Below are positions 27,026-36,660 of a stretch of DNA of 64,000 nucleotides, one piece after another. The position numbers were made by a program, and so were the translations under genes. Within the stretch, counting starts at the first letter, position 1. Each line of letters starts with the position of its first letter. The notes under the pieces were generated by a model. That model did not search any database and was not told where the DNA came from. It saw nothing but the letters and a program-made list of their open reading frames with translations. The stretch comes from Alphaproteobacteria bacterium (lineage in GTDB: Bacteria; Pseudomonadota; Alphaproteobacteria; Bin95), in contig OZ224045.1 of assembly GCA_963665325.3 (NCBI GenBank), positions 288,001-352,000 of the forward strand. Reading direction: 5' to 3'.

Positions 27026-28201
27026 CTATCGGGGTCCCGCGCCTGCGGCCCGAATGACAAATCTCTCAGCCACTTCCCGCGCCTCTCCGTCGGTGGACCG
27101 CACATCGTCCAAGCTTTCAAGCCGGCGCGACCCTAGTGCAGCAACGGTGTCGCCCGCAATGTCGGCGATCTGCAGGAAGCCAATCCGTTCCGCAAGAAAG
27201 GCTGCGACCGCCACCTCGTTCGCCGCGCTGAGCGCCGCCGGTTCCGCACCGCCGTGTTCCAGCGCCGTGCGAGCGAGCGCAAGAGCTGGGAACCGTTCCG
27301 GATCGGGCGGTTCGAAATCGAGGCGGCCCACCGCCGCGAGGTCGAGGCGCTCGCCCGAAATCGGCAGCCGGTCCGGCCAGGCAAGCGCGACGGCGATCGG
27401 GGTACGCATGTCCGGCGTTCCCAACTGCGCCAGCACGGACCCGTCCGAATATTCCACCATGGAATGCACTATGGACTGCGGATGAACGAGGATGTCTATC
27501 GCATCGCCGGGCATTCCGAACAGGTGATGAGCCTCGATGAGTTCCAGGCCCTTGTTCATCATGGTCGCCGAATCAATGGTAATCTTGGCGCCCATGTCCC
27601 AGTTGGGATGTTTCAGCGCCTCCGCGGGCCGCACGGCAGCCATGTCATGCCTGCCGGCCGACCGGAACGGACCGCCCGAAGCCGTGAGAATAAGGCGGCG
27701 GACCGCCTTCCGGCGCCTGGCGTCGAAAACCTGGAAGATCGCATTGTGTTCGGAATCGACGGGCAGGACGGTGCTCCCCGAGGCCCGCGCGGCAGCCATC
27801 ATCAGCTCGCCCGCGCACACCAGGCTTTCCTTGTTGGCAAGGGCGACGACCGCGCCGCGCTCGACCGCGGCGAGCGTCGATTCGAGGCCTGCCGCACCGG
27901 CGATTGCCGCCATCACCCATTCGGCATCGCGCCTCGCGGCTTCCACCACGGCCTCCGGTCCGGCCGCCGTCTCGATTCCGGATCCGGCCAGCCCTGCCTT
28001 CAATGCCGCATAGCCGGCCGGGTCGGCGATGGCGGCGAACCGGGGCCGGAAGATCCGCGCCTGCTGCACAAGGGCGTCGGCGTTTTTTCCCGCGGCGAGG
28101 GCAATGACCCGGAATCGTTCGCGATGCTCTCCGATGACGGAGAGCGTGTTCGCGCCCACCGAGCCCGTTGAACCAAGGACCGTCACCTGCTTTGCCGTCA
28201 T
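27026..28201 (-). CDS. dxr: 1-deoxy-D-xylulose-5-phosphate reductoisomerase
   Basis: LGSTGSVG, LANKESLV, PVDSEH, HPNWDMG, MMNKGLE. Confidence 0.96.
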   Translation of the reverse strand: MTAKQVTVLGSTGSVGANTLSVIGEHRERFRVIALAAGKNADALVQQARIFRPRFAAIADPAGYAALKAGLAGSGIETAAGPEAVVEAARRDAEWVMAAIAGAAGLESTLAAVERGAVVALANKESLVCAGELMMAAARASGSTVLPVDSEHNAIFQVFDARRRKAVRRLILTASGGPFRSAGRHDMAAVRPAEALKHPNWDMGAKITIDSATMMNKGLELIEAHHLFGMPGDAIDILVHPQSIVHSMVEYSDGSVLAQLGTPDMRTPIAVALAWPDRLPISGERLDLAAVGRLDFEPPDPERFPALALARTALEHGGAEPAALSAANEVAVAAFLAERIGFLQIADIAGDTVAALGSRRLESLDDVRSTDGEAREVAERFVIRAAGAGPR

Positions 28202-28980
28202 GTCCAGCGCCACCCGCAAGCCGTGAGCAGCATGGTGGCGGCCGCTCCCGCCAGAAGCGCGTCGACGCGGTCGAGCAGGCCGCCATGCCCGGGGATCAGG
28301 CGTCCGCTGTCCTTGACGCCGAACCGGCGCTTGCAGGCGCTTTCGAACAGGTCGCCCGCTGCGCCCGCCGCTCCGACCAGCAAGCCTGCGGCGAAGCCGC
28401 TGCCGGCGACTTCGGGCGCAACGAATAGGGCGCTCGCGGCACCGCCGGCCAAGCCCGCAGCGGCGACCCCGCCGACAAAGCCGCTCCAGGTTTTTGCGGG
28501 GCTCCAGACAGGCGCCAGTTTCGGGCCGCCGAACCGGCGCCCCGTCCACCAGGCCGCAATATCCCCCGCCCAGACAACGACGAACAGCCAGCCCGCCAAT
28601 TCCAGTCCCCCGAATTCCGGACGCCTGAGGGCGATGAGGCACATCGCCGGCAGCGCAATGTAGAGAACCCCGACGGCAAGCGCCTTTCGCCTGAGGAACA
28701 AGCCGGCGGCAACGGCTGCGCCCAGGGCAACGGCGCCCTGCACAACCGCCGAGGCGGAAAACAGGGCAGCCGCCACAGCTGCCGCCGGAATCGCTGTGAA
28801 CGCCCTGACCGCTTCCGGTTCCGCCATCGCGGCCCATTCGCGCCCGGCGACCAGCGCGCCGGCGAGCACCAGCGCCTCCCAGAAGGGGGTCCCGGCCCAC
28901 ACCGCCAGAATCGCCGCAGGCATCAGGACGAGGGCGGCAATCGAACGCCGGAAGGTGTCGTCAGGCAGCCCGAGCGCCAT
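28198..28980 (-). CDS. cdsA: Phosphatidate cytidylyltransferase
   Basis: SPAKTWSG, GDLFES..KR..GVKDSG.LIPGHGGLLDR.D. Confidence 0.95.
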   Translation of the reverse strand: MALGLPDDTFRRSIAALVLMPAAILAVWAGTPFWEALVLAGALVAGREWAAMAEPEAVRAFTAIPAAAVAAALFSASAVVQGAVALGAAVAAGLFLRRKALAVGVLYIALPAMCLIALRRPEFGGLELAGWLFVVVWAGDIAAWWTGRRFGGPKLAPVWSPAKTWSGFVGGVAAAGLAGGAASALFVAPEVAGSGFAAGLLVGAAGAAGDLFESACKRRFGVKDSGRLIPGHGGLLDRVDALLAGAAATMLLTACGWRWT

Positions 28981-29707
28981 AACGCCGTTCTCGCCGGCCG
29001 AATTCTACAAGCGCCTCTTCCAGGTCCGATCTCGCGAAATCCGGCCAGAGCCGGTCGGTAAAGAAAAATTCCGCATAAGCCGCCTGCCACAGAAGGAAAT
29101 TGCTGATGCGCATCTCGCCGCCGGTGCGAATCATCAGGTCAGGGTCCGGAATGTCGGCGGTGTCCAGCTTCCCTGCGAAGGCGGCTTCATCGATTTCTGC
29201 CGGCGACAGCCTGCCTGCAAGCCCGTCTTCGACCAGGCGCCGGACGGCGCGCACGATCTCGCCGCGGCCGCCATAGCTGAACGCGACCTGCACGAGAACT
29301 GCGTCGTTACCGGCGGTCAGCGCTTCGGCATGGGCAATCCGGTCGCGGACGTCGGCCGGCAAGCGGTCCCGTTCGCCGATCACCCGCAGCCGGACGCCGT
29401 TGCGGTGCATATCGTCCAGTTCCCTGCCGAGATAGTAACGCAGCAGGCCAAGCAGGTCGTTCACCTCCTCCGGCGAGCGGCGCCAGTTCTCCGACGAGAA
29501 GCTGTAAAGCGTCAGGATCTCGATGCCGAGGTCGCTCGCCGCCCGAACCGCGGCGCGCGCCGCCTCCGCGCCGCGTGCGTGGCCGGCCGCACGCGGCAGC
29601 CGGCGCCGGGCCGCCCAGCGCCCGTTGCCGTCCATGATGATCGCAACATGGCGCGGCAGGGATAGCGGCAGCGCAAACGACCGTGTCTCGACCGCCATAG
29701 CGGTCAC
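28961..29707 (-). CDS. uppS: Undecaprenyl diphosphate synthase
   Basis: [35 protein letters not shown]. Confidence 0.96.
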   Translation of the reverse strand: MTAMAVETRSFALPLSLPRHVAIIMDGNGRWAARRRLPRAAGHARGAEAARAAVRAASDLGIEILTLYSFSSENWRRSPEEVNDLLGLLRYYLGRELDDMHRNGVRLRVIGERDRLPADVRDRIAHAEALTAGNDAVLVQVAFSYGGRGEIVRAVRRLVEDGLAGRLSPAEIDEAAFAGKLDTADIPDPDLMIRTGGEMRISNFLLWQAAYAEFFFTDRLWPDFARSDLEEALVEFGRRERRYGARAA

Positions 29708-30264
29708 ACCTGCATGATTTCGGATTCTTTGGTGGCGACGGCATCGTCGATTTCCTGGACGAACCGATTCGTCAGCTCCTGCACCTCTTCAGACCAGAGA
29801 TGCTGGTCGTCCTGGGAGAGTTCGCCAGCCCGCTCCATCCGCTTGAGCTTGTCCATGCCGTCCCGGCGAACATTGCGGACGGCGACCCGCGCCTGTTCGG
29901 CGTAGCGTTGCGCGACCCTGGCGAGTTCCGTGCGGCGTTCCTCGCTCAATTCGGGGATAGGCACCCGGATCAACTGGCCGTCGGAGGCAGGATTGAGTCC
30001 GAGCGCCGACTCGCGAATGGCCTTCTCGACCGCCTTCACATTGCCCCTGTCCCAGACCTGCACCGTCAACATGCGCGGCTCAGGAGCGCCAAGCGTCGCC
30101 ACCTGGTTGATCGGCATCTCGGAGCCGTAGGCTTCCACCGTCAGCGGTTCGAGAAGCGATATACTGGCCCGGCCGGTTCTCAGGCCCCCAAACTCGCGCT
30201 TCAGCGCCTCGATGGCGCCCTTCATGCGGCGTTCCAAATCGTCGATATCCGGATCTTCGGACAC
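29704..30264 (-). CDS. frr: Ribosome recycling factor
   Basis: LRTGRAS, LGLNP, P.LSEERR, VRNVRRD. Confidence 0.97.
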   Translation of the reverse strand: MSEDPDIDDLERRMKGAIEALKREFGGLRTGRASISLLEPLTVEAYGSEMPINQVATLGAPEPRMLTVQVWDRGNVKAVEKAIRESALGLNPASDGQLIRVPIPELSEERRTELARVAQRYAEQARVAVRNVRRDGMDKLKRMERAGELSQDDQHLWSEEVQELTNRFVQEIDDAVATKESEIMQV

Positions 30265-30279
30265 GAGAACCTCGCTTTC

Positions 30280-30996
30280 CTACTGGATGATCGTCGATGC
30301 CTCTCGGCCCGTCAACGCGCGGGCGAACGAACCGGCATTATGCAACGAAAAGACGAGAATCGGAATGCGATTATCCCGCGCCAGAGCCACGGCGGCGGCG
30401 TCCATTACCTTGAGGTCGCGCTCCAGAACTTCCTTGAACGTCAGCGCGTCGTAGCGCTTGGCGTCCGGCTCCCGCTCCGGGTCCGCCGAATAGACGCCAT
30501 CCACCTTGGTCGCCTTGAGAACTGCGTCGCAGCCAAGCTCGCTCGCCCGCAATATTGCAGCAGAGTCCGTGGTGAAGAACGGGTTGCCGGTGCCGCCGGC
30601 CAACACCAGAACGCGGCCGCGACGGAGATGGCGTTCGGCGCGTTCGCGAATGAACTGTTCGCAGACCGTATGCATCGGGATTGCGCTCTGCACCCGGGCC
30701 TCGACGCCAGCGTCCTCCAGCGCGCCGCGCAGCGCGAGCGCGTTGATGACCGTGGCGAGCATTCCCATATTGTCACCGGCAACGCGGCCAACCCCGATTT
30801 TCGCGGAGTTAGCGCCCCGGAAGATATTCCCGCCGCCGACAACGACCGCGACCTCGACACCGAGCGCGCGCACTTCGGCGATGTCGCTGGCAATGCGCCG
30901 CATCGTAGAGGGCGCGATGCCGAACTCTTCACCGCCCATCAAGGCCTCGCCGGACACCTTGAGCAGCACGCGGCGAAAGCGAGGTTCCTGCGCCAT
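30280..30996 (-). CDS. pyrH: UMP kinase
   Basis: LLKVSGEAL, GGGNIFRG, GTGNPFFTTD. Confidence 0.97.
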   Translation of the reverse strand: MAQEPRFRRVLLKVSGEALMGGEEFGIAPSTMRRIASDIAEVRALGVEVAVVVGGGNIFRGANSAKIGVGRVAGDNMGMLATVINALALRGALEDAGVEARVQSAIPMHTVCEQFIRERAERHLRRGRVLVLAGGTGNPFFTTDSAAILRASELGCDAVLKATKVDGVYSADPEREPDAKRYDALTFKEVLERDLKVMDAAAVALARDNRIPILVFSLHNAGSFARALTGREASTIIQ

Positions 30997-31022
30997 AAAT
31001 TCTCCCGTCAGGGACCGGCTTG

Positions 31023-31943
31023 TCAGTCGCCGAGCGTCTGGGCCACTTCCGCGGCAAAGTCCTTCTCTTCGCGTTCAACGCCTTCGCCGAGCGCGAAACG
31101 CACGAAGCCGGTGCAGGACACCGGCGCGCCGACATCGCCCGCCGCTTCGTCCAACACCTTGCCGACCGATTTGTCGGTATCCATGATGAAAGCCTGCTCC
31201 GCGAGCACGACTTCCTCGAAATACTTGCGCATGCGCCCTTCGACCATCTTCTCGATGACGTGGTCGGGACGGCCGGACGCCCTTGCCTGGTCCGCCAGGA
31301 TGGCACGTTCGCGCTCGACCGCCGATCCGTCCACATCGTCCCGGGCGACCCACCGGGGATTGGCCGAGGTGACATGCATCGCGATCTGCTTGCCCAGCGC
31401 GGCCAGCTTTTCCTTGTCGCCGGAGGACTCAAGCCCAACCAGGACGCCGATCTTGCCAAGGCCCGGCGCCGCTGCGCCGTGCACATAGCCGGCGACGACG
31501 CCGTCCCGGACCTTGAGTGTGGCGTAGCGCCGGAGGTTCATGTTCTCGCCGATGGTGGCGATCAGGCCGGTGACATACTCCTCGGCCGTCTGGCCCTCGA
31601 TCTTGCTGCCCTTGAGGATATCGAGACCGCCGTCAACGGTGAGCCCCAGCGCCGCCAGCTTGGCGACCGCTTCTTGAAACCCTTCGTTGCGGGCAACAAA
31701 GTCGGTTTCGGAGTTGAGCTCGACCAGCGCGCCCCGACCGTCGTCTAGCGCCATGCCGACCAACCCTTCCGCGGCTGTGCGGCCCGCTTTCTTCTGCGCT
31801 GCGGCCAGTCCCTTCTTGCGTAGCCAGTCCAGCGCCGCCTCGATATCGGCGCCGTTTTCCGTCAACGCCTTCTTGCAGTCCATCATGCCCGCGCCGGTCC
31901 GCTCGCGCAGATCCTTGACCAGCGCTGCCGTCACCTGAGCCAT
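31023..31943 (-). CDS. tsf: Translation elongation factor Ts
   Basis: LRERTGAGMMDCKKAL, NSETDFVARN. Confidence 0.97.
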   Translation of the reverse strand: MAQVTAALVKDLRERTGAGMMDCKKALTENGADIEAALDWLRKKGLAAAQKKAGRTAAEGLVGMALDDGRGALVELNSETDFVARNEGFQEAVAKLAALGLTVDGGLDILKGSKIEGQTAEEYVTGLIATIGENMNLRRYATLKVRDGVVAGYVHGAAAPGLGKIGVLVGLESSGDKEKLAALGKQIAMHVTSANPRWVARDDVDGSAVERERAILADQARASGRPDHVIEKMVEGRMRKYFEEVVLAEQAFIMDTDKSVGKVLDEAAGDVGAPVSCTGFVRFALGEGVEREEKDFAAEVAQTLGD

Positions 31944-31964
31944 CGGTGTTCGCCCTTCTTGCGT

Positions 31965-32948
31965 TCAGTTCTTCTCATCTGTATCGGCCGCCTCGGCGCC
32001 TTCGCCGGTCTCGGCAACGACCGGAGCCTCTTCCGCTGCCGGCGCTTCGGCTGCTGCGGGAGCCTCGCCAGCCTCTTCCGCCGCCGGGGCCTCGGCTGCC
32101 TCTACCTCTGCCGGAACCTGGGCGACCTCTTCAGCTGCCGCCTCGCTGGCTTCTGCCGCTGCCGGGACCTCTACAGCTTCGGCCGGCGCCTCTTCCGGGT
32201 TGGAAGCCTGCTCCTGGGGCGCGGTGTCGAGCTCGCCGATATCCTGTCCGGAAGCCGTCATCTCGCGTTCGATGCCGTCCAGCACGGCGTTCGTGACGAG
32301 TTCGCAATAGAGCGAGATCGCACGTATCGCATCGTCATTGCCCGGCACCGGAAATTCGACCCCCTCGGGATCGGAATTGCTGTCGAGCACGGCGATCACC
32401 GGAATACCCAGCTTGCGCGCCTCGGCAACGGCGATATGTTCCTTGTTGGTATCGATCACGAAAAGGATGTCGGGCAGGCCCGCCATTTCCTTGATACCGC
32501 CCAGAGTCTGCTCCAGCTTGTCGCGCTCTCTCTGGAGTTGCAGAAACTCCTTTTTGGTCAGTCCGACATTGTCCTGGGCCAGCTGCTCCTCAAGGTCGCG
32601 CAGCCGGTTGATGGAATTGGAAATCGTCTTCCAATTCGTCAGCATTCCGCCTAGCCAACGGTGGTTGACGAAATACTGTCCGCACTGGCGGGCGGACTCG
32701 GCAACTGTCTCCTGCGCCTGGCGCTTGGTGCCGACGAACAGCACACGCCCGCCCTCGCCCACGACGTGGGAAACCGCTTCCAGCGCCCGATAGAGCATCG
32801 GGACCGTCTGCTGGAGGTCCATGATGTGGATGCCGTTGCGGATCCCGAAGATGAACGGCGCCATCCGGGGATTCCAGCGTCGGGTGTGATGTCCGAAATG
32901 GACGCCAGCTTCCAGAAGCTGGCGCATGGTAAATGTCGGCACGGCCAT
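31965..32948 (-). CDS. rpsB: 30S ribosomal protein S2 with acidic C-terminal extension
   Basis: [37 protein letters not shown]. Confidence 0.97.
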   Translation of the reverse strand: MAVPTFTMRQLLEAGVHFGHHTRRWNPRMAPFIFGIRNGIHIMDLQQTVPMLYRALEAVSHVVGEGGRVLFVGTKRQAQETVAESARQCGQYFVNHRWLGGMLTNWKTISNSINRLRDLEEQLAQDNVGLTKKEFLQLQRERDKLEQTLGGIKEMAGLPDILFVIDTNKEHIAVAEARKLGIPVIAVLDSNSDPEGVEFPVPGNDDAIRAISLYCELVTNAVLDGIEREMTASGQDIGELDTAPQEQASNPEEAPAEAVEVPAAAEASEAAAEEVAQVPAEVEAAEAPAAEEAGEAPAAAEAPAAEEAPVVAETGEGAEAADTDEKN

Positions 32949-32964
32949 TGGCTCGCCTTCCTAG

Positions 32965-33045
32965 TTCCGGTTTGTCCTGGCGCGGGCTGTCGCCTTCCCT
33001 CGGGAAGGAACCGGACCGGCCTTGTCGGCCGCAGCCCGCGTGCGA
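32965..33045 (-). promoter_or_regulatory. Structured rpsB 5' leader (putative S2 autoregulatory RNA)
   Basis: Closing stem 32981-32989/33032-33040 (CGCGGGCTG/CAGCCCGCG) encloses hairpin CCTTCCC/GGGAAGG; lies between the promoter and the rpsB RBS. Confidence 0.6.
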
Positions 33046-33055
33046 AATCGCGCGC

Positions 33056-33084
33056 TGTTTACGCGCGCCCGTCCCGGAATGCAA
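33056..33084 (-). promoter_or_regulatory. Putative sigma70 promoter of rpsB-tsf
   Basis: TTGCAT-N17-TAAACA. Confidence 0.6.
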
Positions 33085-33122
33085 GCCGCACCGGGGTCGA
33101 CGGCCCGCTGCCGCGAGCCCTG

Positions 33123-33911
33123 CTAAACAACCGGGCTGCGGTTCCCGTCCACGTTGATGGCCGTGCCCGTGATGTAGGACCCGGCGTCGGAAGCGAGAAA
33201 GCAGGCGATATTGGCGAACTCCTCCGCCTCCCCGAAGCGCCCGAGTGGAACGCCGAGCTTGCCCGCCATGTCCCCGAGCCATGTGTCGAAATCAGCATCG
33301 GGCGCGGCGTCGGCGTGGCGTCGGACCCACTGGCCAGAGCGGATGTAGCCCGTGAGCAGCGCATTTACGAGCACCCCGTGGGGCGCGCCCTCGCCCGCCA
33401 GCACCTTCGTCAGCGCCATGCCGGCCGCCCGCGAGACGGCCGTGGGCGCGCTGCCGGCCTGCGGGGCCTTCGCGCCCACATTCAGCACATTGACGATCCG
33501 GCCCCAGCCGCGCGCTTTCATGTCAGGCAGCGCCAGGCGCGACAGCCGGATGGCGGCGAACAGCTTGAGGTCAAGATCGGCCTGCCAGGTCGCGTCGTCG
33601 ATTTCCTCGAATTTGCCGGTCTGCGAGGTGCCGGCATTGTTGACCAGGATGTCCACGGCGCCGAACCGCGCGACCGTGTCACGGTAGATCCGCTCGCAAT
33701 CCTCGGCCTTGCCGACATCGGCGGAGAAAGCAGCGGCGCGGCCGGGCGCCACGGCCTCGATGGCCGCCAGCGCCTCGTCGAGCGGCCCCTGGCGGCGGGC
33801 GGCGATGGCCACCGACGCGCCGGCACCCACGAATTTCAGCGCCATAGCCCGGCCCATGCCGTCGCTGCCGCCGGTGATGAGCGCCGTGCGCCCGGTCATG
33901 GAAATCTGCAT
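33123..33911 (-). CDS. SDR family oxidoreductase (atypical active site)
   Basis: TGGSDGMG, ILVNNAG, PLGRFG, YITG.AINVDG; AGAAGGA RBS. Confidence 0.9.
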   Translation of the reverse strand: MQISMTGRTALITGGSDGMGRAMALKFVGAGASVAIAARRQGPLDEALAAIEAVAPGRAAAFSADVGKAEDCERIYRDTVARFGAVDILVNNAGTSQTGKFEEIDDATWQADLDLKLFAAIRLSRLALPDMKARGWGRIVNVLNVGAKAPQAGSAPTAVSRAAGMALTKVLAGEGAPHGVLVNALLTGYIRSGQWVRRHADAAPDADFDTWLGDMAGKLGVPLGRFGEAEEFANIACFLASDAGSYITGTAINVDGNRSPVV

Positions 33912-33999
33912 GTCGTCCTTCTCCGGTTCGGAATGCCTGTCGGAGGCCGGTCTAGGGGAGTCTTGCGGCTGTGCGCAATGCGGCCCTTGGAAGCCGCTT

Positions 34000-34560
34000 T
34001 CAGCGGATGACCGGGTGGTGCGCTGCGGCGTCCGCCGCGATTCGCCCGTCCAGCCTCGGGTCGGGTTCGACCTCGATGCGCCGGCGCACGGCGCGGAAGC
34101 CGCAGGAAAGGTAGAAGCCCAACGCTGCCGGGTGGTCGAGTGTGCATGTGTGCAACCAGACCCTGCCAACGCCCTCCCGCCAGGCGCGCGCGAGCGCCGC
34201 AGACATCAGCCTGCGCCCCTCGCCCCGCCCGGTCATGGCCGGAACGAGCCCGAAAAACGCAATTTCGCAAACGCCTTCCTCGCGAAAGTCGAGCTCGACG
34301 ATGCTCTCCCCCGCCGGGCCAGCATAGAGCTCCACCTGAGGGTCGCGCAGGATTGCCGCCAGCGCATCGTCCGCGAGCGAGAAGCGGGAGAACCAGAGCC
34401 ACTCTTCGCCCACTTCGCGGAACAGCGCGCGATAGGCGTCGAGGTCCGGTCGATGCCACCGCACAAGTTCGGCAGCCGAGCCGGGGTTGGCCGGCGGCGC
34501 CGTCATCTCCAGGTCGGTGACGACGGCCGCGATATGCCCTGCCGGCACGTCCTGCATCAT
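34000..34560 (-). CDS. GNAT family N-acetyltransferase
   Basis: FFGLVP...GRGEGRRLM (motif A), WLHTCTLDHPAALGFY..CGF. Confidence 0.88.
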   Translation of the reverse strand: MMQDVPAGHIAAVVTDLEMTAPPANPGSAAELVRWHRPDLDAYRALFREVGEEWLWFSRFSLADDALAAILRDPQVELYAGPAGESIVELDFREEGVCEIAFFGLVPAMTGRGEGRRLMSAALARAWREGVGRVWLHTCTLDHPAALGFYLSCGFRAVRRRIEVEPDPRLDGRIAADAAAHHPVIR

Positions 34561-34967
34561 GGCCCGGCGCCATCCGATGCGACCGCAAGCGGATGGCCGA
34601 CAAGCAGACGATCGACGGTAAGCAGCTTGAGGCCTTCCTCCTGGGCCTGGACGAGCAGCAATTCGTCGAACGGGTCCTTGTGTCCGAGCGGCGTCTCCAG
34701 CGCCCGCGCCGCATGGCGTATCGTCATCGGCAGGAACGTCACGCCCTGGTTTTCCAGCACGGGAATGATGTCGTTCGGGTCGAACCGGCTCTTGCGCTCG
34801 CCCGAAGCGTAGCGGGCATTGTGTTTCAACCGCATCTCCCAGATCGACACCGCGCTCGCATAGAGCTGCAAATCCCGTGCGCCGAAAAACCGGCGGTCGT
34901 TCTCGGTCAAGGCCGCGGTCGCTTCCATGAACCTGTAAAGATATGTCGTATCAAGGAGGACGCGCAT
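34557..34967 (-). CDS. vapC: VapC/PIN-domain toxin
   Basis: VLLDT, SAVSIWEM, HKDPFD, LLTVD acidic PIN residues. Confidence 0.9.
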   Translation of the reverse strand: MRVLLDTTYLYRFMEATAALTENDRRFFGARDLQLYASAVSIWEMRLKHNARYASGERKSRFDPNDIIPVLENQGVTFLPMTIRHAARALETPLGHKDPFDELLLVQAQEEGLKLLTVDRLLVGHPLAVASDGAGP

Positions 34968-34970
34968 GGA

Positions 34971-35252
34971 CTACCCGTCGTCCTCGTCGTCGAGTCCGAG
35001 CACCTGGCGACTGAACGCGGGGTCATGAAACGCCCCTTCCATGGCCTCGATTTTTTCCGGCGTCGCGTCCTCGATACCAAGCCGTCGGCGGTCTTCTTCC
35101 AGCTTGTCGAAATCGATCCCGCCACGCCGCTCGCAACGCACCAGTTCGACGACCGGCTGGCCGTATTTGGTGATGACCACACGCTCGCCCTGGCAGGCGG
35201 CGGCGACGAGTTCGGAGAGGCGTGCCTTCGCCTCGCGCAGGGCCAATTCCAT
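34971..35252 (-). CDS. Phd/YefM family antitoxin
   Basis: REAKARLSELV.A...GERVVITKYGQPVVEL; acidic C-terminus; 3 bp upstream of the PIN toxin. Confidence 0.9.
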   Translation of the reverse strand: MELALREAKARLSELVAAACQGERVVITKYGQPVVELVRCERRGGIDFDKLEEDRRRLGIEDATPEKIEAMEGAFHDPAFSRQVLGLDDEDDG

Positions 35253-35285
35253 GGCGAATCGCTCCCGATCCTTTTTAGTTCCGGC

Positions 35286-35314
35286 AAAATGCTCCCGCGC
35301 ACCGGTAAATTCAA
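35286..35314 (-). promoter_or_regulatory. Putative sigma70 promoter of the TA module
   Basis: TTGAAT-N17-CATTTT. Confidence 0.45.
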
Positions 35315-35332
35315 GACTCGCGTGTGACTACA

Positions 35333-36532
35333 TTACTCCGCCATCGCCGCGCCGGACGCCAGCAGATCCTCGACTCCCGCGTCATCGAAGCCGGCTTCGG
35401 AGAGGACTTCGCGCGTGTGCTCGCCCTGGCGGGGCGGCGGGCGGCGGATCGAAGCCGGCGATCCGTTGAGCGTCAGCGGCGACGCCATCAGCCGGACCCG
35501 GCCCTCGCTCGGATGGTCGATCTCGTGCCAGAAACCGACCTCCGCCAGATGCGGGTCGGCCACCACCTGCTCCAGGCTCTGCACCGGCATGCAGGGAACG
35601 CCCGCTTCCGACAGCGGCCCTGCCCATTCCTCCGTAGTCTTCTCCGCCATCCACCGTTCGAGTTCGGCGTTGATTTCGTCCCGGTGCCTGAAGCGGGCCG
35701 GGCGGGTCGCATAGCGCGGATCGTCCATCAGCTCCGGCCGGCTGGCAACCTCGAGCATCGCGCGCCAGTGCTTGTCGGAAGTCGCCAGCACGCAGATGAA
35801 GCCGTCCTTCGTGGCAATCGGCCAGCGTTTCGGCGTGGCATGGCGCTCGGAACCCACGCGGTCCAGCGCCGGCACGAAGCTCTCGCCCCAGAGATGTTCA
35901 ACCATGGCGAACCCGGCCATGCTCTCGAACATCGGCACCTCGACCTCCTGTCCTTCGCCCGTCGCCAAGCGGTGGTAAAGCGCGCCGGAAACCGCCAGCG
36001 CCGCGAACAGCGCCGTCGTCTTGTCGGCGATCAGCATCGGTACGTATTTCGCCTTGCCGGTCGCGAAGCCTTCCAGCGCTGCAAGCCCGGCGCCGGCCTG
36101 AATTACGTCGTCGAAGGCCGCCTGCCCGGCATAGGGGCCGCTGCGCCCGAACCCCCAGATATTGCAAAACACGATATCCGGGCGGATTTCGGCAACGCTC
36201 GGATAGTCGAGGCCGAGGCGCACCAGCGGCTCCGGGCGCATATTGTGGACGAAGACATCCGCAGTCCGGATCAGGCTCTCCATTGCCCGCTTGCCGCCTT
36301 CGGTCTTGAGGTCGAGCACGACGCTGCGCTTGTTCCGGTTCACATGCATCCACTGCGAGGTCATGCCCGGGTTGCGATGCGGTCCAACCAGCCGCGAAAG
36401 GTCGCCCTCCGGCGCCTCGACCTTGATGACATCGGCGCCCAGGTCGCCCAGGAACTGGCTGGTATAGGGGCCCACGACCACTGTCGTCAGGTCAATCACT
36501 CTCAGGCCGTCGAACGGACCCGGCATAGGCAC
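35333..36532 (-). CDS. CaiB/BaiF family III CoA-transferase
   Basis: GLRVIDLT...GP, GADVIKVEAPEGD, NRNKRS, AFDDVIQA (catalytic Asp). Confidence 0.93.
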   Translation of the reverse strand: MPMPGPFDGLRVIDLTTVVVGPYTSQFLGDLGADVIKVEAPEGDLSRLVGPHRNPGMTSQWMHVNRNKRSVVLDLKTEGGKRAMESLIRTADVFVHNMRPEPLVRLGLDYPSVAEIRPDIVFCNIWGFGRSGPYAGQAAFDDVIQAGAGLAALEGFATGKAKYVPMLIADKTTALFAALAVSGALYHRLATGEGQEVEVPMFESMAGFAMVEHLWGESFVPALDRVGSERHATPKRWPIATKDGFICVLATSDKHWRAMLEVASRPELMDDPRYATRPARFRHRDEINAELERWMAEKTTEEWAGPLSEAGVPCMPVQSLEQVVADPHLAEVGFWHEIDHPSEGRVRLMASPLTLNGSPASIRRPPPRQGEHTREVLSEAGFDDAGVEDLLASGAAMAE

Positions 36533-36660
36533 ATTCTCCCGTGCATACGAGACGGTCGGCCGGTTTGCGACCGGCCCGCGATTCCTGCATTCTTTGCTGG
36601 AAATCGCCGCCGTTGGAACCCTCCCGGCAGGCTGTCCCGTGCTTCCGGAGACTTCATCTC

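Noticed and set aside
27026-28900. 624-aa ORF suggesting an N-terminally extended Dxr
   Set aside because: The extension overlaps cdsA in another frame; the true start is ATG 28201 (ATGA overlap). The same artefact affects the fabZ, pyrC, Mo-subunit and crotonase ORF calls.
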